Translations under genes and position numbers: made by a program
Source: an uncultured Actinomycetes bacterium
Lineage (GTDB): Bacteria > Actinomycetota > Thermoleophilia > Gaiellales > Gaiellaceae
NCBI GenBank assembly: GCA_963830035.1
Contig: CAWHKX010000004.1
Coordinates: 412,860 to 476,859, forward strand
Direction of reading: 5' to 3'
Length of the DNA stretch: 64,000 bases
Notes under the pieces: model-generated
Told to the model about the DNA's origin: nothing
Databases searched by the model: none
What the model saw: only the letters and a program-made list of their open reading frames with translations
Part shown: positions 63,253-64,000 of the stretch, piece by piece
Numbering within the stretch: position 1 is the first letter of the stretch
Layout: each line of letters starts with the position of its first letter

Positions 63253-64000
63253 CTGTCGCCGCGAGCGAGCGCCTGATCGCGCCGCACGGCGGTGTGCTCG
63301 TCGACCGCACCGGAGAGCGCCCCGACGATCTCGACGGGCTCGAGCAGGTCACGCTCACCTCGCGCGAGCTGTCGGACCTGGACATGCTTGCGTCGGGCGC
63401 GCTTTCACCGCTCGAGGGGTTCATGGGCAAGGCCGACTACGAGCGGGTCGTCGAGGAGATGCACCTCGCGAGCGGGCTTCCCTGGGCGCTCCCCGTCTGC
63501 CTTGCCGTCGAAGCCGCTCCGAGTGGTGAGCGCGTGGCGCTGACGGACGAGAGTGGAAAGCCGGTGGCGGTCCTCGATGTCGAGGAGACGTTCGAGTACG
63601 ACAAGGAGCGCGAGGCGGAGAACTGCTTCCGGACGACGGACGAGGCACATCCGGGTGTCGCCCGCTTGTACTCGCAGAAGCCGCTCTATCTCGCGGGGAA
63701 AGTCACCGTCTTCGAGCGCTCGCAGCCCGAGTTCCCCGAGCTGGCCCGCGATCCCGCGGAGACGCGGCGTATCTTCGCGGAGCGCGGCTGGAAGCGCGTC
63801 GTCGGCTTCCAGACTCGCAATCCGATCCACCGAGCGCACGAGTACCTGACGAAGGTCGCACTCGAGACGGTCGACGGCCTCCTCGTCCACCCTTTGGTGG
63901 GCGACACGAAGTCGGACGACGTTCCCGTCGACGTGCGGGTCGAGTGCTACGAGACCCTGCTGGACGGCTACTACCCGGAGGACCGGGTGCTCCTCTCGGC
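63249..64000 (+). CDS. sat: Sulfate adenylyltransferase (ATP sulfurylase), 3' end outside window
   Basis: Not in the ORF track because no stop lies in the window. Hand translation from GTG 63249 (GTGA overlap): VTVAASERLIAPHGG..LSDLDMLASGALSPLEGFM..GFQTRNPIHRAHEYL..HPLVGDTKSDD. Confidence 0.85.
   Translation, partial: MTVAASERLIAPHGGVLVDRTGERPDDLDGLEQVTLTSRELSDLDMLASGALSPLEGFMGKADYERVVEEMHLASGLPWALPVCLAVEAAPSGERVALTDESGKPVAVLDVEETFEYDKEREAENCFRTTDEAHPGVARLYSQKPLYLAGKVTVFERSQPEFPELARDPAETRRIFAERGWKRVVGFQTRNPIHRAHEYLTKVALETVDGLLVHPLVGDTKSDDVPVDVRVECYETLLDGYYPEDRVLLS

Overview
64-kb, roughly 70% GC chromosomal segment that looks actinobacterial (Thermoleophilia/Rubrobacteria-type is only a guess). 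It holds about 65 protein genes. I recognise no rRNA, tRNA, CRISPR array or transposase. Blocks from left to right: (1) decayed ABC binding-protein, adenylate-cyclase/AAA-ATPase and Crp genes (1-3.2 kb). (2) Dipeptidase, two enoyl-CoA hydratases, a proline-racemase-family enzyme and a Ser/Thr kinase. (3) Phenylacetyl-CoA oxygenase paaABCD with a divergent TetR (PaaR-like) gene, followed by a SelW-like selenoprotein gene that ORF finders miss because of an in-frame TGA. (4) 2-oxoacid dehydrogenase E1a/E1b and E2, separated by three unrelated genes. (5) Envelope and housekeeping genes (CHRD, pcm, GtrA, GT87-like, YmdB-like, AI-2E). (6) A 27.8-36.4 kb cyclic-nucleotide-signalling island in which most genes are frameshifted, carrying two genes for EVEG[HQ] tandem-repeat proteins. 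(7) A menaquinone (futalosine) plus menaquinol:cytochrome c reductase supercluster. (8) Sugar-modification genes. (9) A tightly coupled 7-gene operon joining sat-cysC-cysH-comA to a fumarase-like Fe-S hydro-lyase and a fumarate-reductase/NadB-like flavoprotein. This operon is my top candidate for an undescribed pathway. Also notable are three copies of a 23-bp AT-rich palindrome (two in frame inside genes) and several apparent CTG start codons. All product calls rest on motif recognition by eye, because no database search was possible. Most long ORFs in the six-frame track are Arg/Pro/Ala-rich antisense or off-frame shadows typical of high-GC DNA and were discarded.
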